A DNA stretch of 63,755 nt from Candidatus Komeilibacteria bacterium (GCA_026396575.1 JAPLWM010000016.1:1-63755); one strand, 5' to 3'; counted from the first letter of the stretch, positions 9,348-19,606 are shown. The notes: generated by a model not told the origin, from the letters alone. Made by a program: numbers and translations.

Positions 9348-11814
9348 AAAATTAAAATTTTTTAATTATTTTTTAATTTTATTGATTGTTTTTTTTGTTA
9401 TTGTTTTATTTTTTATTTTCCATAATTTTATTTTAGCCGCCGCTGCGGCGCCCACCGTTACTTTTTCCGGCGACGATATTTTGCAGAACGGGGGCACCGA
9501 CGACGCTTATGATTCTTTATTGGCCATGGATATTACCACCGCCCAGGCCAGCCCTGATACCTGGGATCTGCAATATTCCAATGATGCCGGGCAAACCTGG
9601 CAAACAATATCGCCCAATTACATCGTTGTTTCGGCCCAGCGCCGGCAATATTACTGGTCAACTTCCAAAGTTTACGCCCCCACTTTGCTATTAAGAGTCA
9701 GAACGGCCCAAAGTGGCGTTTATACCGATTATTATCAGGCGGCCTTGGCTTTATCCCATCGCGCTACTAACAATGGCGGCCATTATTTCGTGGAAAGCTT
9801 TAACGATTCCACCTATCAAGGCGCCAGCAGCAATATTACCTGGGATACCGGCCAGGCCTTGATGGAATTGGCTAAAAGCGGCGGTAATAATTATAAGCCC
9901 AACGGTTCGGCGGTTTCTTTGGATTTATTAAGCGGTTTTGCCAACGGCAATATTTTAAGCGCCACTTTTCAGCCGGTCCAGCGTCTGTTTGACGGCACCC
10001 AGTATGCCCATTATCAGCTTTCCAACGACGGCACTAATTGGTACGGCAGTACCGGCCTGGGGTCTTATTTCAGTTTTCTCGGGCAAATTGTGCCAGAGGC
10101 CGTAACCGTTACTTTTAACCAGTCCGTGGGCGATAAATTGTATTGGCGATCCGATTTGCACGCCGCCAACCCCCATGATTCTCCCCAGATTTACCAACTG
10201 CGCTTTAAGTGGCAGGAAAACAGCGCGCCCCAGGCCTGCTTTACCGTCAGCCCGACCAATTCCAATAGCAAAAGCCAAGTTTACGCCTTTAACGCCAACT
10301 GCTCTTCGGATTACGAAGATTCTTTAAGTCAGCTTTCATTTAGATGGGATTGGGAAAATAACGGCACTTGGGATACGGTATCGCAAGCCGGTGCCGCCGG
10401 TTACAGCAAAACCCATATTTATAATTCCACTTCCACTTTTACCGCCAAAGTGGAAGTTAAGGATACTTACGGCGCCACCGGCAATTTTTTAAACAGCATC
10501 AATCAGTCGGGCGTTTCCGGTTCGGTTTCCGGCTGGCTTTGGGCTTCCACTTTCGGCTGGGCTTCTTTAAATTGCGACAACACTTATTACGGTACGGCCA
10601 TCAGATATTGCCCGCCGGATTACGGCTGGGAGCTTAATCCGGATTACACCATGTCCGGCTGGGCCTGGGACGCCAATGCCGGCTGGATTTGTTTGGGCTC
10701 CTCTTGTACGGGATTAACGCCCGACGGCCAGGCCTCCATAGCCGTTTATTCGCGAGTCGACGGCATCGTTACGGGCTGGGCCAAATATATTCTTTTCGGC
10801 GAAAGCGGCTGGTTAAAACTAAGAGGCGATTGGTGCGGGGCTGACTCGGAAAACGACCAGTGCGTCCATGTTAATTTAAGCCAGCGTTCGCTGTTGGGCT
10901 GGGGCTGGGCCGGCGGCGTTAATGCGGCTGGCGTGGCCGACGGTCCGGGCTGGGTGCAGTTTGCCGGCAGTTTAAACGTGCCTTGGCTGGAAACCAAATA
11001 CGGCGCCGTTTACGGCCAAAACAACGCGGGCAGTTCCAATACGGCCATGGCGCCGCAGGGCCGCTATAATTCCAGCTACTGCATTTTAGCCACCGGCAAT
11101 ATTGTCAATTTAACCAGCGAGAACGGCTGTTTAAGATCCGGCTATCCGGACTTGAAGTTTCCCAATGCCAGTGAAAAATATCGGACTGTTAATGGCGTTA
11201 TTGATTTTGAAAGAATCCTGAATGGCGAAGAAACCGTTTACAAAAGCCAGGATGTGGATGCTAATCTGCCCAATGTTTTAGCGGGCCAGGTTTATCATTT
11301 TACCGGCCAGGACAGCTATACCATTGATAATCCCTTAACTTTTTATAACGCGCGCAATTTTAATTCTACCGGAGCCGGTACGGTGGTGGTGGACGGTGAT
11401 TTGTATATTAATAGCAATATTTTTTATGAAAACAGCGCTGTGGCCAGTAAAATTGAAAATCTGGCTTCGGCGGCCTGGATCGTTAAAGGCGACGTGATTA
11501 TTGATTCGAGCGTTACTAACCTGGCCGGCGATTTTATCGTTTTGGGCAAAACCGGCATTGGCTGTCCGGCTGCGGGTTGCGGCAATTTTAAAACCGGCAA
11601 TGATGCCGGCTCGCCCAAACAATTGATAATCAGCGGTTTGGCCATGGCCAGGCAATTTTCCTTTGAACGCTTTTACAAGCAAGCGGGCGAGCCGGCGGAA
11701 AAAATAATTTATGATGGCCGGGTGATAATAAATACGCCGCCGGGCTTGGAAGACGTGGCCAAGGGCCTGCCGATTTGGCGCGAGGCCTATACCACCACGC
11801 AAATAGAACAATAA
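9334..11814 (+). CDS. PKD-domain surface protein with GWAW-type repeats
   Basis: TM/signal, PKD-like FNANCSSD...FRWDW...HIY, GWLW/GWAW/GWGW motifs typical of CPR pilus-linked proteins. Confidence 0.75.
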   Translation: MPMSKKLKFFNYFLILLIVFFVIVLFFIFHNFILAAAAAPTVTFSGDDILQNGGTDDAYDSLLAMDITTAQASPDTWDLQYSNDAGQTWQTISPNYIVVSAQRRQYYWSTSKVYAPTLLLRVRTAQSGVYTDYYQAALALSHRATNNGGHYFVESFNDSTYQGASSNITWDTGQALMELAKSGGNNYKPNGSAVSLDLLSGFANGNILSATFQPVQRLFDGTQYAHYQLSNDGTNWYGSTGLGSYFSFLGQIVPEAVTVTFNQSVGDKLYWRSDLHAANPHDSPQIYQLRFKWQENSAPQACFTVSPTNSNSKSQVYAFNANCSSDYEDSLSQLSFRWDWENNGTWDTVSQAGAAGYSKTHIYNSTSTFTAKVEVKDTYGATGNFLNSINQSGVSGSVSGWLWASTFGWASLNCDNTYYGTAIRYCPPDYGWELNPDYTMSGWAWDANAGWICLGSSCTGLTPDGQASIAVYSRVDGIVTGWAKYILFGESGWLKLRGDWCGADSENDQCVHVNLSQRSLLGWGWAGGVNAAGVADGPGWVQFAGSLNVPWLETKYGAVYGQNNAGSSNTAMAPQGRYNSSYCILATGNIVNLTSENGCLRSGYPDLKFPNASEKYRTVNGVIDFERILNGEETVYKSQDVDANLPNVLAGQVYHFTGQDSYTIDNPLTFYNARNFNSTGAGTVVVDGDLYINSNIFYENSAVASKIENLASAAWIVKGDVIIDSSVTNLAGDFIVLGKTGIGCPAAGCGNFKTGNDAGSPKQLIISGLAMARQFSFERFYKQAGEPAEKIIYDGRVIINTPPGLEDVAKGLPIWREAYTTTQIEQ

Positions 11815-11830
11815 AAGCCGTGCCCTATAT

Positions 11831-11912
11831 GTCATCATGAGCTTGCCGAAGGATCCCGTAATTTTTAGAACGTTCATTAAACAACGGGATTCCTCGTCAA
11901 GCTCGGAATGAC
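11831..11912. repeat. GTCAT...ATGAC REP-like element
   Basis: Reverse-complement sibling of 994-1076. Confidence 0.8.
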
Positions 11913-11979
11913 AACGGATGGGCGCGGCTTTGCATTTACTGGATTCAAGTTTTATCATCTTTTTGAAAAAAGGTTTTTG

Positions 11980-11988
11980 TGTTATAAT
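11980..11988 (+). promoter_or_regulatory. Extended -10 promoter upstream of pilM
   Basis: TGtTATAAT. Confidence 0.5.
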
Positions 11989-12106
11989 TAGCAATGAGGG
12001 AGGAAAGAAAACTTGTTTTCTTTCCGAGCGAGTGAACTAATTATGCAAAGCATAATTAATCTTGAATTAGGCAGATTTTTTGATTGATTAAACCCATTGT
12101 TTGAAT

Positions 12107-13195
12107 ATGGCATTATTTTCTCCCAAAGAAAGCTATTTAGGCGTTGATATAGGCACGGCCAGCATTAAAATTGTTGAATTGGCTCCTCTTGGTGGAAAAC
12201 CCAAGCTGGTTACCTATGGCTACATAGATATTGCCAGCGATATTGTGCACAGCCGCTCTGCGCAAACCCAGCAAATCATCGCCGTTTCTTTAAAAAAACT
12301 TTTACAAAAAGCCAAAGTCGGCACTTCGGCGGCTTTAGCGGCTTTGCCGACATTTTCGGTATTTAATTCCATTATCAGTTTGCCGCCTATGTCGGCCAAA
12401 GATCTGGGTTCGGCCGTTAAATGGGAGGCCAAAAAATACGTGCCAATGCCTTTGGAAGAAATGATTTTGGATTGGAAGCTGATTGACGGCGCCGCGGCCA
12501 GTGCCGCGGCCAAAAATTCGCCAAAAATCACTCCGGCCGCGGCTAAGCCCAAGGATTTAAGGATTTTAGTGACGGCGGCGCCCAAAACCTTGGTTAACCG
12601 CTATTTGGAAATTTTTCGGGCTGCCGGCTTAAAATTAATGAGTTTGGAAACCGAGGCCTTTGCCTTGGCCCGTTCGCTGATCGGCGCGGATAAGTCCACG
12701 GTGCTGGTGGTGGATATCGGCTCCATTACCACCGATATTTGCATTATCGAAAACAGTTTGCCCATTTTAAACCGCAGCATTGATGTCGGTGGTTTGATTA
12801 TTACCAAAGCGATCGCGGCCAGTTTGAATATTAATTTGGATCGGGCCGAACAATTTAAGCGCGATTACGGCTTAAGCTTAAGCGCGCAGGATGCCCAAAA
12901 GGGGATTAATAAAACCATTGCTACCTCGCTTTCACCCATTATCAATGAAATCAAATATGTTTTTGATTTATACCAGAATCAGGAAAACCGGCCGGTGGAA
13001 AAAATGATTTTATCGGGCGGTTCGGCTTTTCTGCCCAATTTAGCCCAATATTTTCAGCAATTATTCAATAAACCCGTTTTTATCGGCAATCCTTGGGACA
13101 AGGTAATTTATCCCACCGAACTTAAGCCGGTGTTGGACGAAGTCGGTTCCCGGCTGGCGGTAGCCATCGGCTTGGCCATGCGGGACATTAAATAA
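12107..13195 (+). CDS. pilM: Type IV pilus assembly protein PilM
   Basis: GVDIGTASIKIVEL, VDIGSITT, ILSGGSA actin-like motifs; ATG at 12107. Confidence 0.93.
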   Translation: MALFSPKESYLGVDIGTASIKIVELAPLGGKPKLVTYGYIDIASDIVHSRSAQTQQIIAVSLKKLLQKAKVGTSAALAALPTFSVFNSIISLPPMSAKDLGSAVKWEAKKYVPMPLEEMILDWKLIDGAAASAAAKNSPKITPAAAKPKDLRILVTAAPKTLVNRYLEIFRAAGLKLMSLETEAFALARSLIGADKSTVLVVDIGSITTDICIIENSLPILNRSIDVGGLIITKAIAASLNINLDRAEQFKRDYGLSLSAQDAQKGINKTIATSLSPIINEIKYVFDLYQNQENRPVEKMILSGGSAFLPNLAQYFQQLFNKPVFIGNPWDKVIYPTELKPVLDEVGSRLAVAIGLAMRDIK

Positions 13196-13196
13196 T

Positions 13197-14111
13197 ATGA
13201 GCGACATTAATTTATTGCCGGAAGAATTAAGAGGCGCGGAAGAGAAGGTTTTGGCGCGCCCAAGCGGATCGGCGGAGAGAGCGTCTTTTTATGTTCCGCC
13301 TAAAGAATCCATTCAATCAGCTCCTCTGGTTAAAGCCAGCGCGCCTGCCTCGCCGCCTAAGCCCAAGGCTGTTTTTAACGCCGGGCCTAAACCGGACCGC
13401 GGCTTAACCCCGCCCAAGTTAATGACCGATCAAGAAGTCAATTTAACGGCGAACAAGCACGAAAGTTTACTGGCTCGGTTTTTGCGCAAGCGCAACAAAG
13501 GCGCGATTTTAAAAAACGTAGCGGCCAAAAACCATAACAACTATTTTATCGAGCAATCGCTGGATGTTAATTTGATTCCCGAGGGCTTAGACTTGCTGCC
13601 GCTAAAAAAACTTTACCGGCGCTGGTTGCTTTTTGCCCTATCCGGCGTTTTATTGGTGGCCTTGAGCTATTTCGGCTTGGTTTTGTATGCTCAAAAAGTA
13701 GCCAACGACGATCAAAGTTTGGCCGCGGCCTTACAAAGCGGCGAAACCAAATATAATCAGTTGCGTCAGCAGGAAAAGGATTTAACCGCCTGGCTGGAAA
13801 AAATGGGCCTGATTAAAAATTTATTCAGCGACCATGTTTATTGGACCAATTTTTTCAAGGCCCTGGAAAGCGTAACCATCCCCAGCGTTTATTACACGGA
13901 TATCAGCACGTCTTTGCCCGGCGAAGTAACTTTAAGCGCCACCACCGACAGCTATTTATCGGCCGCCAGGCAGTATTTGGCTTATCAGGAAGCCGCCGGC
14001 ATTATTAAATCGGCGTCGATCAGCGGACTGGCCAGCAGTGAAACCGGCGGCGTTTCTTTTAGCGTTAATCTTTCTTTTTCACCGGCTGTTTACGCGGCCG
14101 CGCCCAAGTAA
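13197..14111 (+). CDS. pilN: PilN-like protein
   Basis: INLLP N-terminus, TM, coiled coil, YWTNFFKALE; follows pilM. Confidence 0.7.
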   Translation: MSDINLLPEELRGAEEKVLARPSGSAERASFYVPPKESIQSAPLVKASAPASPPKPKAVFNAGPKPDRGLTPPKLMTDQEVNLTANKHESLLARFLRKRNKGAILKNVAAKNHNNYFIEQSLDVNLIPEGLDLLPLKKLYRRWLLFALSGVLLVALSYFGLVLYAQKVANDDQSLAAALQSGETKYNQLRQQEKDLTAWLEKMGLIKNLFSDHVYWTNFFKALESVTIPSVYYTDISTSLPGEVTLSATTDSYLSAARQYLAYQEAAGIIKSASISGLASSETGGVSFSVNLSFSPAVYAAAPK

Positions 14112-14123
14112 TCAACTATTTTT

Positions 14124-14816
14124 ATGCCCAGCCCGGATAAAAAAACCGAACAAGCGAACAAATTGGCCATCGCGCTTAATCAGCGCCAGCATTTGATTTC
14201 CTGGACTATTTTTGCGATTGTTTTAGCTTTGGGTTATGTTGTCTTACTCCAGGGTAAAATCAGCCAGTTGAATCAGTCGGGGAGCAGCATCTTGTCCGCT
14301 AAAAGTTCAGCTTTGGCGGATTTGGACGCTTATAGCCAAAAATTAGGGGAATTGGACGCGAAAATCAAAAGTTTCCAGGAAAAATATAAGCAGGCCGCCG
14401 TGGATTTAAATCAAATTTTGCCTTCCCAGGCCCAGGTTCCGGAATTAATCGCCGAGCTGGACGCTTTGGTTAAGCAGGCCGGTTTTACCCTTAACTCTTT
14501 GGATATAGCGGAAGCGGGTAAAACCGCTAAAACCGACGAAGCCGCTGACAATCCCGATGCCGCCGCCGTTGCGCCCGCTTCGCCGGCGCCGCCGGCCGAT
14601 AATAATTTAACCAACGTGCAGCCCGTGGATATTACCATGGCGGTTACCGGCGGCGATTATCCGGCCTTTAAAGTTTTATTGGATAAAATTGAAAAAAATA
14701 TCCGCTTGTTGGATTTGGTTTCCATTAAGTTTTCCGCCGGGGGGAGCGCCGCCGGCCCGGCGGGCACGGGCTATTCTTTAATTTTAAGGACTTATTATTT
14801 TTCTGCGCCAAAATAG
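14124..14816 (+). CDS. pilO: PilO-like protein
   Basis: TM, coiled coil, LPSQAQVPELI, GDYPAFKVLLDKIEKNIRL. Confidence 0.75.
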   Translation: MPSPDKKTEQANKLAIALNQRQHLISWTIFAIVLALGYVVLLQGKISQLNQSGSSILSAKSSALADLDAYSQKLGELDAKIKSFQEKYKQAAVDLNQILPSQAQVPELIAELDALVKQAGFTLNSLDIAEAGKTAKTDEAADNPDAAAVAPASPAPPADNNLTNVQPVDITMAVTGGDYPAFKVLLDKIEKNIRLLDLVSIKFSAGGSAAGPAGTGYSLILRTYYFSAPK

Positions 14817-14819
14817 CTT

Positions 14820-15137
14820 ATGAAAAAATCAAATAAATTTTTATGGTGGCTGGCCGGCTTGGTTTTAATTATGATTTTCTTTTTAGCTGGTGGCTGGCCG
14901 GTAGCCCAAGGCCAGATTGATTCGGTTTTAAGCGTTCTTAAATACCAGAGCGCTTTGGCTAAGATAAATTTTTGGCTGAATAATTTTCCCGAAGATATTT
15001 TTCAAAATCCCTTGATTAAACAGTTGAATAAGCCGATTGCTTTGCCTTTGGAAATCGGGGCCCAGGGTTCAACTAATCCTTTCAGGGCTCCACTGACGCC
15101 CGAAGAGTTGCTTAAAGGCGGCAATAAAGGCCTGTAA
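14820..15137 (+). CDS. Hypothetical pilus-operon protein (PilP position)
   Basis: TM/signal, G...NPF motif; position only. Confidence 0.6.
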   Translation: MKKSNKFLWWLAGLVLIMIFFLAGGWPVAQGQIDSVLSVLKYQSALAKINFWLNNFPEDIFQNPLIKQLNKPIALPLEIGAQGSTNPFRAPLTPEELLKGGNKGL

Positions 15138-15161
15138 TTTTTTAATTTATTTTTTTAGCCC

Positions 15162-16904
15162 ATGCCCGAAACCAACCGGCAAATTTTAGAAGCGCTGCGT
15201 TCGTCCGGCCAGCTTAATCAGGCCAAGTATCAGCAGTACCAGGCCTTAGCCGACCAAGACCAAGGCGCTTTTTTTGCCGCTGTGGAAGCCGATAGCGATA
15301 TTTCATCCGAGGCCTTGGCTCAAGCCAAGGGCCGGGCCTGGGAAATTCCATATGTTAATTTGGAGGGCAAGAATATTCCCTTGGGCATTTTAAAAATTTT
15401 ACCACAGGATTTGTCGGCCAATTACCAGATGCTGGTTTTTAGCCAGGAGGGCAGCGTTTTAAATATCGGCATGGTGGATCCGCATAATTACAAGGCGGTG
15501 GAAGCGATTGAGTTTTTGGCCCGCAAAAAAAATTATCGGCTCCGCTATTTTATCATTTCGCCGGACAGTTTTAAGCTGGCTTACAAAAATTATGAGAGTT
15601 TGCGCGAACAGGTAAGCCAGGCTCTGGATTTTGCCGAGGAAAAATTCGGCCCCAAGGCCGGCGAGGGCGAAGCCGCCACGGTTTTGGAAGAAGTGGTAAA
15701 AACGGCGCCGGTTTCCAAAATTGTTTCGGTAATTTTGCGCCATGCCATTGAAGGCGGCGCTTCCGATATCCATATTGAGCCGGTGGGCGATAAAAGCCGC
15801 GTCAGGTATAGGATTGACGGCATTTTGCATACTTCCATTGTTTTGCCCATTTACGTCCACGCCGCTTTGGTTTCGCGCATCAAGGTGCTTTCCAATTTAA
15901 AAATAGATGAAACACGCATTCCCCAGGACGGCCGTTTGCGGATTACCACCGGCGGCCAGGATTACGATTTTCGCATTTCCACTATCCCCTTGGTTAATCA
16001 GGAAAAGGTGGAAATGAGAATTTTGGAATCGCCGGAAAAAGCGCCCAGTTTTGAACAGCTGGGTTTTCTGGGCAATCAGTTAAAATTAATGGAGCTTAAT
16101 TTAACCCGGCCCAATGGCATGTTTTTGGTAACCGGGCCGACCGGTTCGGGCAAATCCACCACCTTGTTCGCCGCCCTATTCAAGCTTAATCAGGAAGGGG
16201 TTAACATCAGCACCTTGGAAGACCCGGTGGAGTATTATATCAAGGGCGTTAACCAATCGCAGGTAAAAACCGAGGTGGGCTTTACTTTCGCTACGGGCCT
16301 TAGAGCCCTATTAAGGCAGGATCCCAATGTAATTATGGTGGGTGAAATCAGAGACGGCGAAACTTCCCAATTAGTGATTCAAGCCGCTTTAACCGGGCAT
16401 TTTGTTTTATCCACCCTGCACACCAACGACGCGGCCGGCGCCATTCCCCGCTTGATTGATATGGGCGCTGAACCGTTTTTATTGGCTTCCACTTTAAATT
16501 TAATCGTTGCCCAGCGCTTGGTGCGTAAAATTTGCCCCAACTGCAAAGCCAAAAGCGAACTGCCCCCGGAAATCAGGGAAGAAATTCATACCTCTTTAGC
16601 CAACTTGCCGCCGGAGGTTTGGTATGAGGGCGTTAAGGCTAATCAGGATTTAACGGTTTACAAAGGTTCGGGTTGCGCCCAGTGCGGCCAGACCGGCTAT
16701 AAGGGCCGCTTATGCATCAGCGAGACCTTAACCGTGGCCGAGAAAATGCGGGATATTATCGCCCGCGGCTCGCCGGCGGAAGAGCTGAAGCGCGAGCTGG
16801 CAGTGCAGAAATTCATTAACATCAATCAGGACGGCTGGATGAAGGCCTTATTGGGCATGACCACGGTGGAAGAAATTTTGCGCGTTACTAAAACCGAAGA
16901 ATAA
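15162..16904 (+). CDS. pilB: Type IV pilus extension ATPase PilB/GspE
   Basis: ASDIHIEP, GPTGSGKSTT, EDPVEY, LRQDPNVIMVGEIRD, STLHTND, two CxxC. Confidence 0.95.
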   Translation: MPETNRQILEALRSSGQLNQAKYQQYQALADQDQGAFFAAVEADSDISSEALAQAKGRAWEIPYVNLEGKNIPLGILKILPQDLSANYQMLVFSQEGSVLNIGMVDPHNYKAVEAIEFLARKKNYRLRYFIISPDSFKLAYKNYESLREQVSQALDFAEEKFGPKAGEGEAATVLEEVVKTAPVSKIVSVILRHAIEGGASDIHIEPVGDKSRVRYRIDGILHTSIVLPIYVHAALVSRIKVLSNLKIDETRIPQDGRLRITTGGQDYDFRISTIPLVNQEKVEMRILESPEKAPSFEQLGFLGNQLKLMELNLTRPNGMFLVTGPTGSGKSTTLFAALFKLNQEGVNISTLEDPVEYYIKGVNQSQVKTEVGFTFATGLRALLRQDPNVIMVGEIRDGETSQLVIQAALTGHFVLSTLHTNDAAGAIPRLIDMGAEPFLLASTLNLIVAQRLVRKICPNCKAKSELPPEIREEIHTSLANLPPEVWYEGVKANQDLTVYKGSGCAQCGQTGYKGRLCISETLTVAEKMRDIIARGSPAEELKRELAVQKFININQDGWMKALLGMTTVEEILRVTKTEE

Positions 16905-16914
16905 TAAAAAACAT

Positions 16915-17295
16915 ATGCCGGACAAATTAAAAATTTTAATCATTGAGGACGACAATTTTTTACTGTCCATGTACGCCACCAAGCTGGAGCTGGAGGGCTT
17001 TAAGGTTTTAAGCGCCACTGATGGCGACAAGGGCCTAAGAATGGCCAAAAAAGATTTGCCCAACCTGATTTTATTGGATTTATTATTGCCTAAAAAAGAC
17101 GGAATAACGGTATTGGAAGAATTAAGGCAGGAAAGCTCCACTCGCCAGATTCCGGTCATCGTGCTTTCCAACATCGGCCAAAAAGATAAAATCGACCGTT
17201 GTTTTTCTTTGGGCGCCGTTGATTATTTAATCAAGGCCCACTTTATCCCTTCGGAAGTAATTGCTAAAATCAAGCAGGCCTTGGAAAAATTTTAA
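16915..17295 (+). CDS. Single-domain response regulator (CheY-like)
   Basis: IIEDD, LILLDLLLP phospho-acceptor, YLIK. Confidence 0.92.
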   Translation: MPDKLKILIIEDDNFLLSMYATKLELEGFKVLSATDGDKGLRMAKKDLPNLILLDLLLPKKDGITVLEELRQESSTRQIPVIVLSNIGQKDKIDRCFSLGAVDYLIKAHFIPSEVIAKIKQALEKF

Positions 17296-17297
17296 TT

Positions 17298-18371
17298 ATG
17301 ACTACCGCCGATACCATTAACATCAATCATATCCTTAACGCCGTGGCCGAAAGAAAAGCCACCGACGTCCATTTTGTGGTGGGCAATTACCCGTTTCTTA
17401 GGATTAAGGGCAAGCTGTTGCCTTTGGAAGATGAAAAATTAATTACGCCCGAGACATTGCAGGGGATCATCAGTTTTTTCGTGCCTGAAGAAAAAAAAGA
17501 GGAGTTGAATCAAACCAAGGATTTTAAATATATTTACGATTGGCTCGGCAAAGCCCGCTTTCGGGTCCATATTTTCCAGCAAAAGGGCTATTTTAGCGTT
17601 TCTTTAAAGCTGATTAACCCGCAATTGGTATCTTTAAGGGATTTGGGTTTGCCTAAAATCGTGGACAGTTTTTTAGAATCGCCCATGGGCCTGATTTTTA
17701 TTACCGGCCCTTTTAATTCCGGCCGCAGCACCACCCTGGCTTCTTTAATCCAAACCATCAATCAAACCCGGGCCGAGCGCATCCTTTATCTGGAAGAGCC
17801 GATTGAGCATTTGTTTATTAACGATAAAAGCGTGATTGAACAGCGGGAAGTGGGCAGCGACGTTAAATCGTTCGCCGCCGGCTTGCAATCGGCCAAAGAC
17901 GAAGACGTCAACATCGTGGCGGTTTCCAAAATAGACGGCCACGAATCGCTGGAACTGCTGTTTGAGCTGGCCGAATCCGGCCGGCTGGTAATTGCCTGTT
18001 TGGATTATTATTCGGCCATTACGGCCTTGGATGGCATGGTCAGCGAATTTTCGGATGCCAAGATTCCCTGGGCGCAAAACGTTTTAGCCGATTTTATGGT
18101 GGGTTTGATTTGCCAGCGTTTGGTTCCCACCGTGGAAGGAGAGATGACCTTGGCCGTGGAAATTTTAACGCCCTCGCCTTCGGCCAAAGCCTTAATTAAA
18201 GAAGGCCGCTTTGCCCAACTTGAAAGCATCGTGCAAACCAGCCGGGCCGAAGGCATGATCAGCTTGGAAAGGTCTTTGGTGGATTTGGTAACAGCGGGAA
18301 AAATTACGGCCGAAGCGGCCATTGGCAACGCCATTGATCCCAAGGCGATGAAGACGCTCTTAAGGAAATAA
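17298..18371 (+). CDS. pilT: PilT-like ATPase with degenerate catalytic motifs
   Basis: ATDVHF, RFRVHIF, QREVGSD, QRLVP; Walker A GPFNSGRSTT, altered Walker B and His box. Confidence 0.8.
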   Translation: MTTADTININHILNAVAERKATDVHFVVGNYPFLRIKGKLLPLEDEKLITPETLQGIISFFVPEEKKEELNQTKDFKYIYDWLGKARFRVHIFQQKGYFSVSLKLINPQLVSLRDLGLPKIVDSFLESPMGLIFITGPFNSGRSTTLASLIQTINQTRAERILYLEEPIEHLFINDKSVIEQREVGSDVKSFAAGLQSAKDEDVNIVAVSKIDGHESLELLFELAESGRLVIACLDYYSAITALDGMVSEFSDAKIPWAQNVLADFMVGLICQRLVPTVEGEMTLAVEILTPSPSAKALIKEGRFAQLESIVQTSRAEGMISLERSLVDLVTAGKITAEAAIGNAIDPKAMKTLLRK

Positions 18372-18375
18372 AACA

Positions 18376-19596
18376 ATGCCCCAATACAATTACAAAGCCA
18401 AAAAGAAAGACGGCCAGATTTTTCAGGGAGTGGTGGAATCCGCTGCCGAAGAAGAAGCCGTGGCGGTTTTGCGCGACCGCAATTTGGAAGTGCTTTTTTT
18501 GGAGCCGGTTTCCCGTCTTATCCAAAAAAAAGCGCGTGGCTATCAGTTTACCTTTATCAAGCCCCACGTTAAAAGGAAGGATATCGTAATTTTCGCCCGC
18601 CAGCTTTCGGTAATGATTTCCGCCAATCTTTCAGTGGTGGAAGCCCTGCGGATTATCGTGGCGCAAACGGAAAAAGAAGGATTAAAAGAAACCATTACCA
18701 ACGTGGCCGACGAAGTGGAAAGCGGCACCAAATTATCTGTGGCTTTAGAGCGGCAGGGCAAAACCTTTTCCCATTTTTTCGTTTCCATGATCCAAAGCGG
18801 CGAAACCTCGGGCAAACTGGATGAGGTTTTGGAGTATTTGGCCGATCAGGAGGAAAAGGACTACGATTTGGTGGCTAAAATAAAGGGCGCCATGATTTAC
18901 CCGATTTTTATTATTTCCGGCCTGGTGCTGGTGGGCGCGGCCATGATGATTTTTGTTATTCCCCAGCTAACGGCCATGTTAACCGCTTCGGGCGCCACTT
19001 TGCCGTTTACCACCAGGGTTTTAATCGGCACCAGCAATTTTATGCGCGGCTACTGGTGGCTGCTGATTATTATAATTGCCGGCGTTGTTTTCGGTTTTAA
19101 GGCCTTATTAAGAACATCCCAGGGCCGTTATGCCTTTGACTTGATAAAATTAAAGTTTCCGGTTTTCGGCAACCTGTTCAAGATGATTTATCTGGTGCGG
19201 TTTACCCAGTCGCTTTCCACCTTAACCCGCGGCGGCGTGCCCTTAACCGCCGGCTTACGGATTGTTTCCGACGTGGTGGGCAATAATTTATATCAGGCCT
19301 TGATCAACCGCACTATTAAAGAAGTGGAAGACGGCAACAGTGTGGCCGTGGTTTTTTTGGAATCGCCTTTGGTGCCGAAATTGGTTTCCCAAATGCTTTC
19401 GGTGGGCGAAAAATCCGGCCGGATGGACCAGGTTTTGGATAAGGTTTCCGGTTTTTACGGTAGGGAAATAGAAAACATGGTGGCCAACATGACCCATTTG
19501 ATTGAGCCGTTTATTATGGTGTTGATCGGCATTGCCGTGGGCGGCATGGTCGCCAGCATCATCCTCCCTATGTATAATTTAGCAAACCAGTTTTGA
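18376..19596 (+). CDS. pilC: Type IV pilus platform protein PilC (T2SS F family)
   Basis: FARQLSVMI, GETSGKLD, AMIYP, GEKSG, IEPFIMV. Confidence 0.95.
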   Translation: MPQYNYKAKKKDGQIFQGVVESAAEEEAVAVLRDRNLEVLFLEPVSRLIQKKARGYQFTFIKPHVKRKDIVIFARQLSVMISANLSVVEALRIIVAQTEKEGLKETITNVADEVESGTKLSVALERQGKTFSHFFVSMIQSGETSGKLDEVLEYLADQEEKDYDLVAKIKGAMIYPIFIISGLVLVGAAMMIFVIPQLTAMLTASGATLPFTTRVLIGTSNFMRGYWWLLIIIIAGVVFGFKALLRTSQGRYAFDLIKLKFPVFGNLFKMIYLVRFTQSLSTLTRGGVPLTAGLRIVSDVVGNNLYQALINRTIKEVEDGNSVAVVFLESPLVPKLVSQMLSVGEKSGRMDQVLDKVSGFYGREIENMVANMTHLIEPFIMVLIGIAVGGMVASIILPMYNLANQF

Positions 19597-19606
19597 TATC
19601 TGTATT

